A DNA stretch of 64,000 nt from an uncultured Gemmatimonadaceae bacterium (GTDB lineage: Bacteria > Gemmatimonadota > Gemmatimonadetes > Gemmatimonadales > Gemmatimonadaceae): NCBI GenBank assembly GCA_963829055.1, contig CAWHHI010000016.1, forward strand, positions 1-64,000. The letters run 5' to 3'. The notes beneath the pieces are model-generated. The model saw only the letters and a list, made by a program, of their open reading frames with translations. It was not told the origin of the DNA and searched no databases. Positions within the stretch are counted from its first letter, which is position 1; the number at the start of each line of letters is the position of its first letter. This document shows positions 1 to 10,145 of this stretch, in pieces. Made by a program: the position numbers and the translations under genes.

Positions 1-704
1 GCGGGAGCATCTGGTCGCTGGTCGTGACCAGGTACCATGTAGGAAAGCTCTTCCAGGCGGGCGGACCGAAGGGCGTTTCGCCGAGCAACACGCTGGCGGC
101 AATGGGTTTCTGCACCGCCGCCATTACGCGCGCTTCGGCGGGCGGCACGTCGGGCGCAAAGAACTTCACGTACCCGTCCGGCTCGAGCCAGAGAAATCCA
201 CGCGCATCGGGATGAATCGCCGCTGCGCCCGCCGGTTGCGGCGGTTGACTGAGAATGGCTTTCATCGTCTCGCCTTCGTCGGGTGCGAAGGCAGACTCAT
301 ACCAACCCGATCACGTTCGGAGCATCAGCGCCGAGTTGCGTGATGATGGCGCCACCGAACGAGTGCGCGACGAGAAGGGTGGGGCCACTTTGTGCCGCCA
401 ACAGCGCACGCGTTCTCTCGAGGTCTTCATCGAATGAGCTCAGCGTCAGTTGCACTGCCGACGCCTCGTATCCTGCTTTCTGCAGTCGCTGGATCACGGC
501 GTTCCAACTCGACCCGTCGGCCCACGCGCCGTGAACAAGCACGATGTTCGGAAGCTTCGACATGGATTGGTTTCCCTGGTTTGACATGGATTGGTTCCCC
601 TGGGCAGAAGTGCGTCCGGCAGCGACACAACACATGACGGACGTGATGGCGAGTATGTGCAACGCGGCGTGCCAACGAGGCGACACGTTCATCGCAGCTT
701 TCAT
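1..704 (-). CDS. Secreted alpha/beta hydrolase (Abhydrolase_6-like), frameshifted near 297, runs off the left edge
   Basis: Signal peptide, IVLVHGAWADG, nucleophile elbow AHSFGG; continuation PAWKSFPTWYLV in another frame at 1-60. Confidence 0.85.
559..603. repeat. 21-bp near-perfect direct repeat, 24-nt period, encoding QGNQSMS(N) twice
   Basis: GACATGGATTGGTTTCCCTGG at 559 and GACATGGATTGGTTCCCCTGG at 583. Confidence 0.9.
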
Positions 705-755
705 TGTCCTTCCTCCAGCGAATGCATGTGGTCATGCGGTGAGTGCTGAGGCGAC

Positions 756-1609
756 TCACGCGCAATGTGTCCGTCGCGGTGAGACAACTCCGGCTGACAC
801 GTCACGTTCACTTCGAACGAAGCCGTCGGCGGCAGCTTCGATCACCTCGGCCACGGCTTTGGCGTGCGGAATGAACGACACATGGCTCGCCGCGATCTCG
901 ATCGTTGTTGCTCCCATTCGCTTCACATTCGAGGCACTCCAAGGCTGGGCTGATCGCCTGATCTTGCGTCGCGACAATGTACCACGACGGAATCGTTCTC
1001 CATGCCGGCAATGTCAGCGTCGACGAGAAGGCGGTACCGATCAGGGGCTTTTGCGTCAGTGCCATCACACTCGCGTCGTCTGCGTTCAGGTCCTTGCAGA
1101 ACACGTCGTGAAATTGCGTAATGTCGATGGAGAGGAATCCGTCGGCATCGGGCCGTAACGCTGCGCCGAGCGGTGTTTGCTGTGCCAGGAACGCGCCGAT
1201 CGGCTCTCCCGCATCGGGAGCGAACACCGAGCAATGTACACGAGCGCCTTGACGTTCGGATTGCCCGCTGTGGCGGCCGTCATCACGGCGCCACCATACG
1301 AATGGCCGACGACGACGGACCGGGCCCTCCTCGCATCGATCGCGCGCTTGGTTGTGGCGACGTCTTCAGCGAACAATGTCATCGGATTCTGAACTGCAAT
1401 GACGTCGTAGCCACGGCGCTCGAGGAGCGGAATCAGGTGCTGCCACGAAGATCCGTCCGCGAAGGCGCCGTGGACGAGGACTATTCGTGGTCTTGCCGCG
1501 TCAGTCTTAGCATCTCCCGGAATGGGGCCGACAACGGGCTCGCGGCGAGCGTGGCCGCGACGGCGACCGCAAGAGCGGCCAGAGACTTGTGCAGTGTGCT
1601 CGGCATCAT
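756..1609 (-). CDS. Secreted alpha/beta hydrolase, paralogue 2 (several frameshifts)
   Basis: IVLVHGAFADG, GHSYGG, FAPDAGE, PAWRTIPSWY, ASHVSF spread over ORFs 1086-1646, 808-1227, 756-977. Confidence 0.85.
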
Positions 1610-2430
1610 GACCCCCTAGCGGATACTGTTGTCGCGACGTCCTCAATGAGACGCGCGATCACATTCGGGTGTGCAATGAAGGAGACGTGGCTCGACTCGA
1701 TCTCCGTCGTATGAGCGCGCATGCGCGCGGCGTAGAATCGCTCGAGATCCGGATTGATTGCCTGATCCCTCTTGGAGACTACGTACCAGGAGGAATCGTC
1801 GCCACGCCGCTGTTGCGGGAGCCGCACCCAACGCCGCCGCATTCCAAGGCTGCTGAGTCGCCGCCATCACGCGGGTCGCGGCGGTGGATACGTCGGCGGC
1901 GAATACATCGCGGAACAACGCTCGATCAATGTAGAGAAACCCCGCCGCGTCCGGACGAAGCGCGGCGCCCAACGGCGAGCTGAATTGGCCGAGAAATGCT
2001 CCAATCGGTTCGCCTGCATCTGGAGCGAACGCGGCGAGGTAGATCAGCGCCGACACCCTGGCCATGCCCGCCGCGGCGTCTGTGATCACCGCTCCACCGT
2101 AGGAATGGCCGACCACAATGACGGGCCCCGGTTGCGCGTCAATGATGCGCTTTGTCCGCGCCACGTCGTCCGCAAACGACGCGAGGTTGTTCTGCACGAC
2201 GGCAACCGAATAGCCGTCGTTCTGGAGCAGTGGAATCAGGCGCTGCCACGACGGATGCCGTCAGCGAATGCGCCATGAACCAGCACGATCAATGGCCGCG
2301 CACCGTGGCTGTTGTCGTGGCGCTCCGTTGTCGCGACGTTAGGTGGCGATACTACCCTGGGTGACTCACAGGCGACGATGAGCGTAGCAAGACCTAATGC
2401 GAGCAGTCTCACGCGTAAGCTTGCGTTCAT
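1606..2430 (-). CDS. Lipoprotein alpha/beta hydrolase, paralogue 3 (frameshifted)
   Basis: Lipobox IVAC, IVLVHGAFADG, GHSYGG, AAFAPDAGE, SSHVSF; its stop overlaps the next start (ATGA). Confidence 0.85.
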
Positions 2431-2527
2431 TGGTTGGCTCCGGCGATCTACTGCGGTGCTCCGGCGAGCCCACAGCGTCGAGAGGGATCTTCAGGCGACA
2501 ATGGGGGCGCTCGACGACCGCGGCCAG

Positions 2528-2543
2528 GGCAAGCAATGGGCCC
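2528..2543 (-). promoter_or_regulatory. Candidate sigma-54 promoter for the hydrolase cluster
   Basis: Minus strand GGGCCCATTGCTTGCC = GG-N10-GC ending TTGC, about 100 nt upstream of ATG 2430. Confidence 0.4.
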
Positions 2544-3406
2544 CGCGCCTACTGTGCGCGATAGCTCCGGGCCGACTCCAAGAATGGAACCCCATGCCGG
2601 CGCAGCGCTCAATGATGCCTCCTTAAACATGCCACCTCCTTGTTCGCCGTTCGGCGAACGGCTGCACATTGCTTCTCTTGCTGGAAACCACTTCTGTCGC
2701 GCATTGCGCACATCGTCGGAATACAAAAGAGAGATGGGAGATCTGGAAGCGCTTCGATACTGAACAATGGTATTGGCGCTACTTTCGTATCGGTTGTCGC
2801 TTCGCCGTCGTGGTGGCTGCGCCTTCGGCAACCTGCACCGGTCTGCTCAACGAGGCGCAGCGCACGCCGGACCTTCGCTGCTTCGGCCCGGAGTTCGTCC
2901 GTCTGGCGGTCCTGGTAGATCTGCTTGCGGGTTTCGGCACGTGAACTCGAGAACGAGGTATTCGGTGAACCGACTCGCCGACACAGTACCGCGGCGGTGC
3001 GTCCCCATCCGCCGTGGCGAGCCGATTCGGTTACGCTCGTTAGGCGAGCGGCGGGGGTGCGGCAGCGGCGGAGAGTTCCCTCGAGCGGGCGGCTACGGCC
3101 AGAGCTACTTCGCGAGGAGTCGGCGCCGCCGGAGGATCGCTCCTTCAATGGCTCCAGGTCTTTCGCGTCGAAGCGGCACAATGTCGCGCGTGAACGCGTC
3201 GAGGTGCTTGCGGTCCATCCGCTCCACGAGCCCGCGCCAGCACGCGACGACGGGCGGCGCCGGCGACTTGTTATCGTTAGGCGTCGGGAGCAGCGGTCGG
3301 GGAACGTCGTCGACGGTCCCTCGCGGCGGGGAGCGATGGCGCCTGACCGAGACCTAGCTCGTCCCGTCGCGGCAATAAAGCCATTGGCGCACCTTGCGCG
3401 TACTCG

Positions 3407-4388
3407 TCATTCGGGGAGCTCGCGCCGGACATCTGTCGGTCGCTTGTCCGTGCGGAAGCCCTGTAACGATGGGTGCCGGATTTGCCCGTCGCCGGTCCAC
3501 TCGGCGGACTGCACGTCCGCCACGAGTCGCGGCTGCGACCCAGTGGGCGGTCGGCCCAGAGGCGAGGTGGGGCGGGATCAAATGGCGTGGGTCGACCTCG
3601 AGGCGTTGAGGAGCTCGCGGAGTCTGCGGCCGAATGCGTCGTTCCATCCGCGGCCGGTGCCGACTTCCCGGCGAACCGCAACGCGCCCGCCATCGTAGTA
3701 AGTGCGACTAGGATCGAGCCGACGCCGACGCGCGAGCGTTCGGGCTCGGTGAAGCCGCCGACGACGAACTCCTGGCGCCTAACGCACTTGGTCTTCTGCC
3801 AGTCAGAGAGCGAAGCCCGCCCGGTAGGGCGCCGTCCGGCACTTGCTGACGATCCCCTCCGCGCCGAGCCGGCACGCGTGGGCGAGCACCGTCGCGCCGG
3901 CGCGTCGAATGGGGCGTGTAGCGGCTGGTGCCCGCACGCCGGCCGACGAGCTTCTCCAAGCGGCGCTTTCGCTCCTCTAGCGGCATCGGCGTCAGGTCCT
4001 CGCCGTCGAGCGCGAGAAGGTCGAACGCGAAGTAGGCCAGGCCGCGCCGGTTCGCGCCGAGTTGCTGGCAGCAGCTGGAAACTCGAGCGTCCGCGCTCGT
4101 CGAGCACGACCACCTCGCCGTCCAGCGCCGCAGTTTTCGCGGGCAGCTCCGTCGCCGCCTCGACGATCTCGGGGAAGTCGGCCGTGTAGTCGGTCCCATT
4201 GCGGGAGATGATCCGCGCGTCTCGCGTCTTTCCGCGGCCCGCGATGAAGACGCCCATGCGGAGGCCGTCGAGCTTGATCTCGTGCACCCACCGGTCGCCG
4301 GTGGGCGGCTCGGCGACGAGTAAGGCCTTCTGTGGGGCATAATCCCACGCCGCGGGCGGACGCTCCTCGGCCTCGCGGGTGAGGGCAT
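3407..4388 (-). CDS. ligD: ATP-dependent DNA ligase, LigD ligase domain only (multiple frameshifts)
   Basis: WVHEIKLDG (motif I KxDG), LDGEVV, YFAFDLLALDGEDL, WQKTKC..QEFVVGGFT, IRHPSLQGFRTDK. Confidence 0.85.
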
Positions 4389-4390
4389 CG

Positions 4391-4702
4391 TTAGGCGTCG
4401 GACCCGCGACGGGCGCGGGATTCTAGACCTTGGGGTTTCGGCGCCGCACCAGGTCCCGACGCCGTCGGTTCGGCCTCGGCGAACAGGCAATGCAGCGCGC
4501 TGCGCTTACGCCAGTCGTCGCCGCCGACCCATCGCGCGACGCGCTCCTCGCCGTCGCGCTGCGAACGCGGATGACGAGGGCGAGGGTTCGGCCCGTCGAT
4601 CGCCGGCGAGACGACCTTGGTTTGCGCGACCTCCGAGACGTACCACACCCGGTGCTGGGAGTCGCGGTAGGTGACGCGTCGGGGTGTGCGCGTGCGGGCC
4701 AT
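4391..4702 (-). CDS. Small hypothetical protein
   Basis: MARTRTPRRVTYRDSQHRVWYVSEV...; candidate sigma-54 site upstream. Confidence 0.5.
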   Translation of the reverse strand: MARTRTPRRVTYRDSQHRVWYVSEVAQTKVVSPAIDGPNPRPRHPRSQRDGEERVARWVGGDDWRKRSALHCLFAEAEPTASGPGAAPKPQGLESRARRGSDA

Positions 4703-4741
4703 GGCGCTCGGTGTCGACGGGGTGGGAGGAGTGGCGACGAC

Positions 4742-4772
4742 TGCAATTGATGGGCCCGGCACGGTGGTTGCC
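4742..4772. promoter_or_regulatory. Back-to-back divergent sigma-54-like promoters
   Basis: Plus: CGGCACGGTGGTTGCC (4757-4772); minus: GGGCCCATCAATTGCA (4742-4757). Confidence 0.5.
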
Positions 4773-4787
4773 TTGCTAGGCGGGGAC

Positions 4788-4931
4788 ATGCCGTTTTTCA
4801 AGGAGCCGGTCGCCGTCGCGCAGGCGCTCACGCGCTTTTCTGGCCAAATGACGAGGAACGCCTGCGCGAATCATGCTACCGTGGCCCGCATGTTCTTCAA
4901 CTGGTTCGATCACCCGCTGAGTGAGGGCTGA
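4788..4931 (+). CDS. 47-aa hypothetical peptide
   Basis: ATG after GGCGGGGAC, directly downstream of the sigma-54-like site. Confidence 0.3.
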   Translation: MPFFKEPVAVAQALTRFSGQMTRNACANHATVARMFFNWFDHPLSEG

Positions 4932-5038
4932 CTCGAGGCCCGGCTACGGGCGGAGCTGTATCGGCAGCACGCGCCGTCACGCCCGGTCTCCCTATGAAAG
5001 CCGATGGGATGATGGTTTTTGATAAGGTGGGTCCGTGC

Positions 5039-5081
5039 CTGTTAATCAGGACGTCGGTGGTCGGAATCCACCCTCCGCAGC
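5039..5081 (+). pseudogene. Degenerate 3' half of tRNA-Asn(GTT), att-site-like relic
   Basis: CTGTTAA-TCAGG-ACGTC-GGTGG-TCGGAAT-CCACC-CTCCGCA-G has the exact spacing of tRNA positions 32-73; no D-arm or 5' acceptor strand. Confidence 0.6.
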
Positions 5082-5330
5082 TTGTGAAATATTGAAACAA
5101 TGGACGTGGAGAACGCTCCGGCATCCGGCGGGGCGTTTGATTTTGCGTGACCAATGGCGCACATGTCGCGGCGCTTCGCTCATCTGCTTCCGCATTGGCT
5201 ACTGCGCTTCCGCCACGTGTGCGGCGCCAGCTGCGCGCTCACCATTCGACGCCGCCCAAGGATCGCACCCTTGCGCGGCTCGAGGTCCTCCTCATTTGCG
5301 GGTTCGCGCGAGCCGGGCCACGTTACTCCA

Positions 5331-6762
5331 ATGCGCAACTACATCGCTCTCGCCCTCACGTCGCTTGCGGCGTGCACCAACGCCCCCGCGAAAGAGACGG
5401 CTGCCTCCACGCCCTCGGCCGTGCCAACTGTTCCAGTTCCGGCGATCGACGTCAACGAGGTCGACTCCCTCATCCAGCGCGTCGTCGCGGAGAAGCGACT
5501 CGTCGGAGTATCCGTGGGCGTGATGCAGGACGGGAAAGTCGTCCTCGCCAAAGGCTACGGGTTTCGATCGCTCGAACCGAAGCTGCCGGTGACGCCAACG
5601 ACCATGTTCGGCATCGGCTCCGTCACGAAGCAGTTCACGTGCAGCTCGGCCCTGCTGCTCGAGCAGGAGCGCAAGCTGTCTATGAGCGATCGCGTCGCGA
5701 AATACTTCCCGTCGGCGACCCGAGCGAACGACGTTACGCTCCTGGACCTCGGGCAGCACGTCTCGGGCTATCGGGACTATTACCCGCTCGACTTCGTGGT
5801 GCGAGAAATGGCGAAGCCGGAACCGACCGACACCGTCATCGCGCGTTATGCGACTCGCCCCCTCGACTTCGAGCCGGGATCGCGATCGGTCCTACAGCAA
5901 CACGAACTTCCTCATCCTCGGCAGAGCGATCGAGGCGGCATCGGGGAAATCGGTCGGTGAATTCATGAAGGAGCGGATCTTCACGCCGATCGGCATGACG
6001 CGTACCGCGTTCGATCGAATCCCCAACGATTCCAATACCGCGAAAGGCTACGCCTCGTACGCACTCGCCGATCCGACGCCCGTTGCACCCGAAGCGCAGG
6101 GATGGATCGGTGCCGCAGGTGCGATCTGGTCAACGCCGACCGACTTGCTTGCCTGGGATCTCGCGCTCATCAATGGCAAGGTGCTCAGTCCTGTCTCGTA
6201 CGCCAAGCTCACCACGCCGCGTGTGCTCACCGACGGGCGGCTGACCACCTACGGTTGCGGGCTCGGGGTTCAGAAGACGGGGGATGCGGTGATCCTCTCG
6301 CATGGCGGTGGGCTCGCCGGCATCGTGACGCAGAACATCGTTATTCCCGCGACGCGGTCAGGCATCGTCACGCTCGCGAACGCGGACTTTGCCGCGACTG
6401 GAGAGATCATCTCCGCGCTGATCGCCAAGCTCACCCCGCACGTCGACGTGCCCAAGATCGCCGGGCCAACCGCGCTCGAGGCCGCGAAGGCGTTCCTCGC
6501 GTCGGTCGAGCAGGGCAAGGTCGATCGATCGACGCTCGGCGATGACTTCAATGCGTTGCTGACCGACGAGCACCTCGCCAGGGATCGCGCCTCGATGGCC
6601 GCCCACGGCAAGGTCACCAATGTCGTCGTTAGGCAGCCGGTAGAGCGCGGCGGCATGGAGGTGGCGATCGTCGAGTACAGGGTCGGAAAGACGCTCGCGC
6701 GGACGGCTATGTATCGTTCGCCGGACGGGAAGATTCAGCAGTTCCTGATCAACCGACGGTAA
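5331..6762 (+). CDS. Serine hydrolase, beta-lactamase/AmpC-like lipoprotein (frameshift near 5885)
   Basis: Lipobox LAAC, SxxK (GSVTK), YSN, HGG. Confidence 0.9.
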
Positions 6763-6977
6763 GCTGGTGGGACTCAACCCTTCCTTGCTTTCCGGGCCGC
6801 GAGGACCGTCCGACGTGCTGACCGGGTTGCAATGACCCAACGCTTTAGGAAAGCGCGTTAGGCAGTCGCGCCAAGAAGGATTCCGCATCCCGGCGTTATT
6901 GGACGAACGCGTTGAAGAAGCAGTAGCGGGTATTGCACACAATGAGAACGGTTAGGCAACCACTTCGCGAGTCATCA

Positions 6978-8495
6978 ATGATGCTGGGATTTGACCGAAA
7001 CGCCTCACAGCTCGGCACGAACCGGCTGTGTCTTGGTGTGCTCCTCGTCTGTGCGGTCGGCGCGGCGTGTGCTCCACAGTCGCAACAATACGACCTCGTC
7101 ATCAACGGCGGCCGAGTCGTGATCGATCCGGAGACAAGGCTCGACGCGGTCAGAAGCGTCGGGATCGTTGGAGATCGCATCGCCCGGGTTTCGGCGCAGC
7201 CCCTCAAGGGCACAACGGTGATCAATGCGACGGGACTGGTCGTCAGCCCCGGATTCATCGACTTGCATCAGCACGACCAGAGTCCGGCCGCGTATCGGTT
7301 GAAGGCGCTGGACGGTGTCACGTCTGCGCTCGAGATGGAGAGCGGCGTGCCTGACTTTGCAAAATTCGTGGCGGTGCGTGAGGGAAAAGCGCTGATCAAC
7401 TATGGCGCCACTGTGAGCCAGGAAGCGGCGCGCGTGCTCGCCTTTGGGGACACGCTTGCGACAAGCGTGATGGGAGAAGCGGGATCGATCGACGATCCGC
7501 CATCGGGGCCAGCGACAAACAACGTTGCCAGCGACGAACAGATTGCGCGTCAGCTCGCGTTCCTCGACAGGGGCCTCACCGCCGGCGCGTTAGGCGTGGG
7601 GATGGGGCTGGAATACACGCCTGGCGCAACGCGGCTCGAGATCATCCGGATCTTCCAGGAGGCCGCGAAGTGGCATCGTCCGGTGTTTGTTCACATCCGG
7701 AGCGTCGGCGCGCTCGAGCCCGGGTCCAGTGTTGAGTCCGTCGGCGAAATGATCGCGGCGAGCGCGGTCTCCGGCGCGCCGGTTCACATCGTCCACATCA
7801 ACTCCAGCTGCATCCGATTCGTGCGCGACTGCCTGACAATGATCGAAGGGGCTCGCGCACGAGGGCTCGACATCACCACCGAGGCGTATCCGTATGGCGC
7901 GGGGATGACGAGCATCGCGTCGGCGCTGTTCAATCCCGGTTGGAGAGAGCGGCGGTCGATTGGCTATGATGCCATCGAGCTTCCCGAAACAGGCGAGCGT
8001 TTGACGCAGACGAGGTTCGATGCGCTGCACGCATCGGGCAAGGCGGTGTACGTCCTCATCCACATGAATCCGGACTCGATCGTCGCCATGGCAGCCACAT
8101 CGCCGCTCACAATGATCGCCAGCGACGGCCTGTCGAGCCACCCTCGTCAGGCCGGGACGTACTCGCGAGTACTTGCTCGTTATGTCCGAGAGGAAAAGTC
8201 GCTGTCGCTGATGAACGCGATTCGCGAAATGTCCCTGCTGCCGGCGCTGCGACTGGAAACGGTGACCGCCTCGGCACATCGTAAGGGCCGTCTTCAGGAA
8301 GGAGCAGATGCCGACATCGTGGTTTTCGATCCGGCAACAGTGGCAGACAAGGCGACGTACCGTGCCCCGCTTAGCCCAAGCGTCGGCATGAAGCACGTGC
8401 TCGTTAGGGGAACGCCGGTTGTACGGGACGGTCAGGTCGTCGACGGTGCAGCGCCCGGCAAAGCGATCACGGCCGACCTGCGAGCCAAACCATAG
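6978..8495 (+). CDS. N-acyl-D-amino-acid deacylase family amidohydrolase (lipoprotein)
   Basis: PGFIDLHQH, IASDG, HPR, GADADIVVFDP. Confidence 0.9.
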   Translation: MMLGFDRNASQLGTNRLCLGVLLVCAVGAACAPQSQQYDLVINGGRVVIDPETRLDAVRSVGIVGDRIARVSAQPLKGTTVINATGLVVSPGFIDLHQHDQSPAAYRLKALDGVTSALEMESGVPDFAKFVAVREGKALINYGATVSQEAARVLAFGDTLATSVMGEAGSIDDPPSGPATNNVASDEQIARQLAFLDRGLTAGALGVGMGLEYTPGATRLEIIRIFQEAAKWHRPVFVHIRSVGALEPGSSVESVGEMIAASAVSGAPVHIVHINSSCIRFVRDCLTMIEGARARGLDITTEAYPYGAGMTSIASALFNPGWRERRSIGYDAIELPETGERLTQTRFDALHASGKAVYVLIHMNPDSIVAMAATSPLTMIASDGLSSHPRQAGTYSRVLARYVREEKSLSLMNAIREMSLLPALRLETVTASAHRKGRLQEGADADIVVFDPATVADKATYRAPLSPSVGMKHVLVRGTPVVRDGQVVDGAAPGKAITADLRAKP

Positions 8496-8723
8496 ATCTC
8501 GACCCGAAATTGGGTCGCGATTCGCTGGTCCCCCTCAGCAACGGCATCCGGTTATCGCCAGCGCTGACTGGCGTGCGGGGTCGACCGGCGATAGCATCGC
8601 AGGTATCAGCGGGAAGCGGGGGCGGGGTGAAAATCAGAGAGCTCCATTGCCACCCTACGCGGCAGCCGACGCCAACCCGAGCGCGGCGCTTCTCAGGCAC
8701 CAGAACAACGCGACGCGGTACGG

Positions 8724-9101
8724 GTGAGGGGCGGTGAGTCGCTCGGGTTGACGGCCGAAGAGGCGGAGGGGCGCCGCCAGCTGCTGTTCATTGCCGTCGC
8801 AGTCTGGGCGCCGCTCATCGTCAACACGCTCGCGACCGGGCTGTCCGCCCTGAGCGTTGGGCTGTCCGTCGCAGCGGTTGCCGTGACGGTCGCCCTCGTG
8901 CTCGGCTGGCCGCTGGCACGGCATATCACGAGCGCCGTGCTGGCATTCGGGACGTTCGCCGCCGTGTTCGGCGCGTTCGACCACCCATGGCCGGAGAAGT
9001 GGCTGTATATCTTGTCCTACGTCTCGTGGGGCTCGGCGGCGGCGACGCTCGAGCATTCCAGCGCCATCGACGCCTATGAAGAGCGCAACGAAGAATGGTA
9101 A
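8724..9101 (+). CDS. Small integral membrane protein
   Basis: About four hydrophobic segments in a 125-aa ORF. Confidence 0.6.
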   Translation: MRGGESLGLTAEEAEGRRQLLFIAVAVWAPLIVNTLATGLSALSVGLSVAAVAVTVALVLGWPLARHITSAVLAFGTFAAVFGAFDHPWPEKWLYILSYVSWGSAAATLEHSSAIDAYEERNEEW

Positions 9102-9382
9102 CGCGATCTATCGTATACCACCGCACGACCGCGTCGATCTCGCCGCGCGTGCGGATCCTACCGTTAGGCGCCTTCCGCGAATGCCGAGGTCAACGTCGGA
9201 GCCGACCAGCTCGCATACCGCGCCACGGTACGGCGGACCTCGCCAGCCTCGAGCGGCCTGAGATCAGCGGCCTTCTCCGGATCGTCGAGGCGAGGAGCTG
9301 GCGCGCGTGGTGGCGCGACCACGCAGCCGTCCGGTCCAATCGTTAGGCTCCCAGCCGACAACTGCGGCGTGCGCGGGGCGCG

Positions 9383-9398
9383 TGGCATCAGCGTTGCA
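9383..9398 (+). promoter_or_regulatory. Sigma-54 (-24/-12) promoter
   Basis: TGGCATCAGCGTTGCA, near-consensus, 65 nt upstream of ATG 9463. Confidence 0.65.
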
Positions 9399-9462
9399 AC
9401 GCGGGCCGGGTCCATGTCACAGGCCGCGTCGCAGCGGCGCTCACCCGAGCTGAGGAGTCATC

Positions 9463-9876
9463 ATGGAACGAGACGAGAAGCAGCGTAGCGGATCTCAGAC
9501 TCAGCCACAGGCCCAGGCGCAGACCAGGTCCGGGCGCACCGACTACCGCGAATTCCTCCGGGTCGTGTCTCGGGTCATCGACGAGCATCCCGCGGAGGTC
9601 GCCGTCATCGAAGATCACATCAAGCGCTACCGCGCGAGCGCGGCACCGGGCGCCGATCTGACGGCGGCGGCGAACCAGCAGCAGCAGATCCTGCTGTCGC
9701 TCATGCAGTCGGAGCAGGGCAGGGCCGCCGCGCAGACCCTGGACGACGCCTACCGGCAGCTGGGTGGGCCCAAGGGCGGCAGCGGCGGCACCGGGGCGCA
9801 GATACTGCCCATTATCATCGCGTGGGCGGTGGTCGACATCATCATCTGGGGCTGTGTCGCCCTCGACTGTGTCTGA
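9463..9876 (+). CDS. Hypothetical precursor-like protein: helical leader, Gly linker, hydrophobic Cys-containing tail
   Basis: Strong RBS GAGGAG, high-GC3 codons, ends GGSGGTGAQILPIIIAWAVVDIIIWGCVALDCV. Confidence 0.8.
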   Translation: MERDEKQRSGSQTQPQAQAQTRSGRTDYREFLRVVSRVIDEHPAEVAVIEDHIKRYRASAAPGADLTAAANQQQQILLSLMQSEQGRAAAQTLDDAYRQLGGPKGGSGGTGAQILPIIIAWAVVDIIIWGCVALDCV

Positions 9877-9938
9877 CCCGAGGTCGGCCGACGGTCGCGC
9901 CTGAGGTCAGCGGTTCCGACGCCGCGCCGCCCCTGCCT

Positions 9939-9983
9939 AACGATCGGCCGCGTAACTCCTTGGGTTGCGCGGCCGATCGCGTT
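9939..9983. terminator. Strong hairpin between convergent genes
   Basis: CGATCGGCCGCG...CGCGGCCGATCG 12-bp perfect stem. Confidence 0.6.
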
Positions 9984-10145
9984 TCTCGAGTCGCGCTTCG
10001 CCCACGTCGGCTCGATGGGGTTCAGGTCGAGCGAGTAGGCCGCTCGTCGCGAGCGGCGACGATCTCGTGCGCATCTCACGGTTCCTGTCCTAGCGTCGCG
10101 GCTACTCGGCGCACGACGTCATCACCCGGCTACTCTCGTGAGGCT

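Noticed and set aside
2670..2763. AraC-like tail (NHFCRALR..SEYKRE)
   Set aside because: Too short and gapped to support
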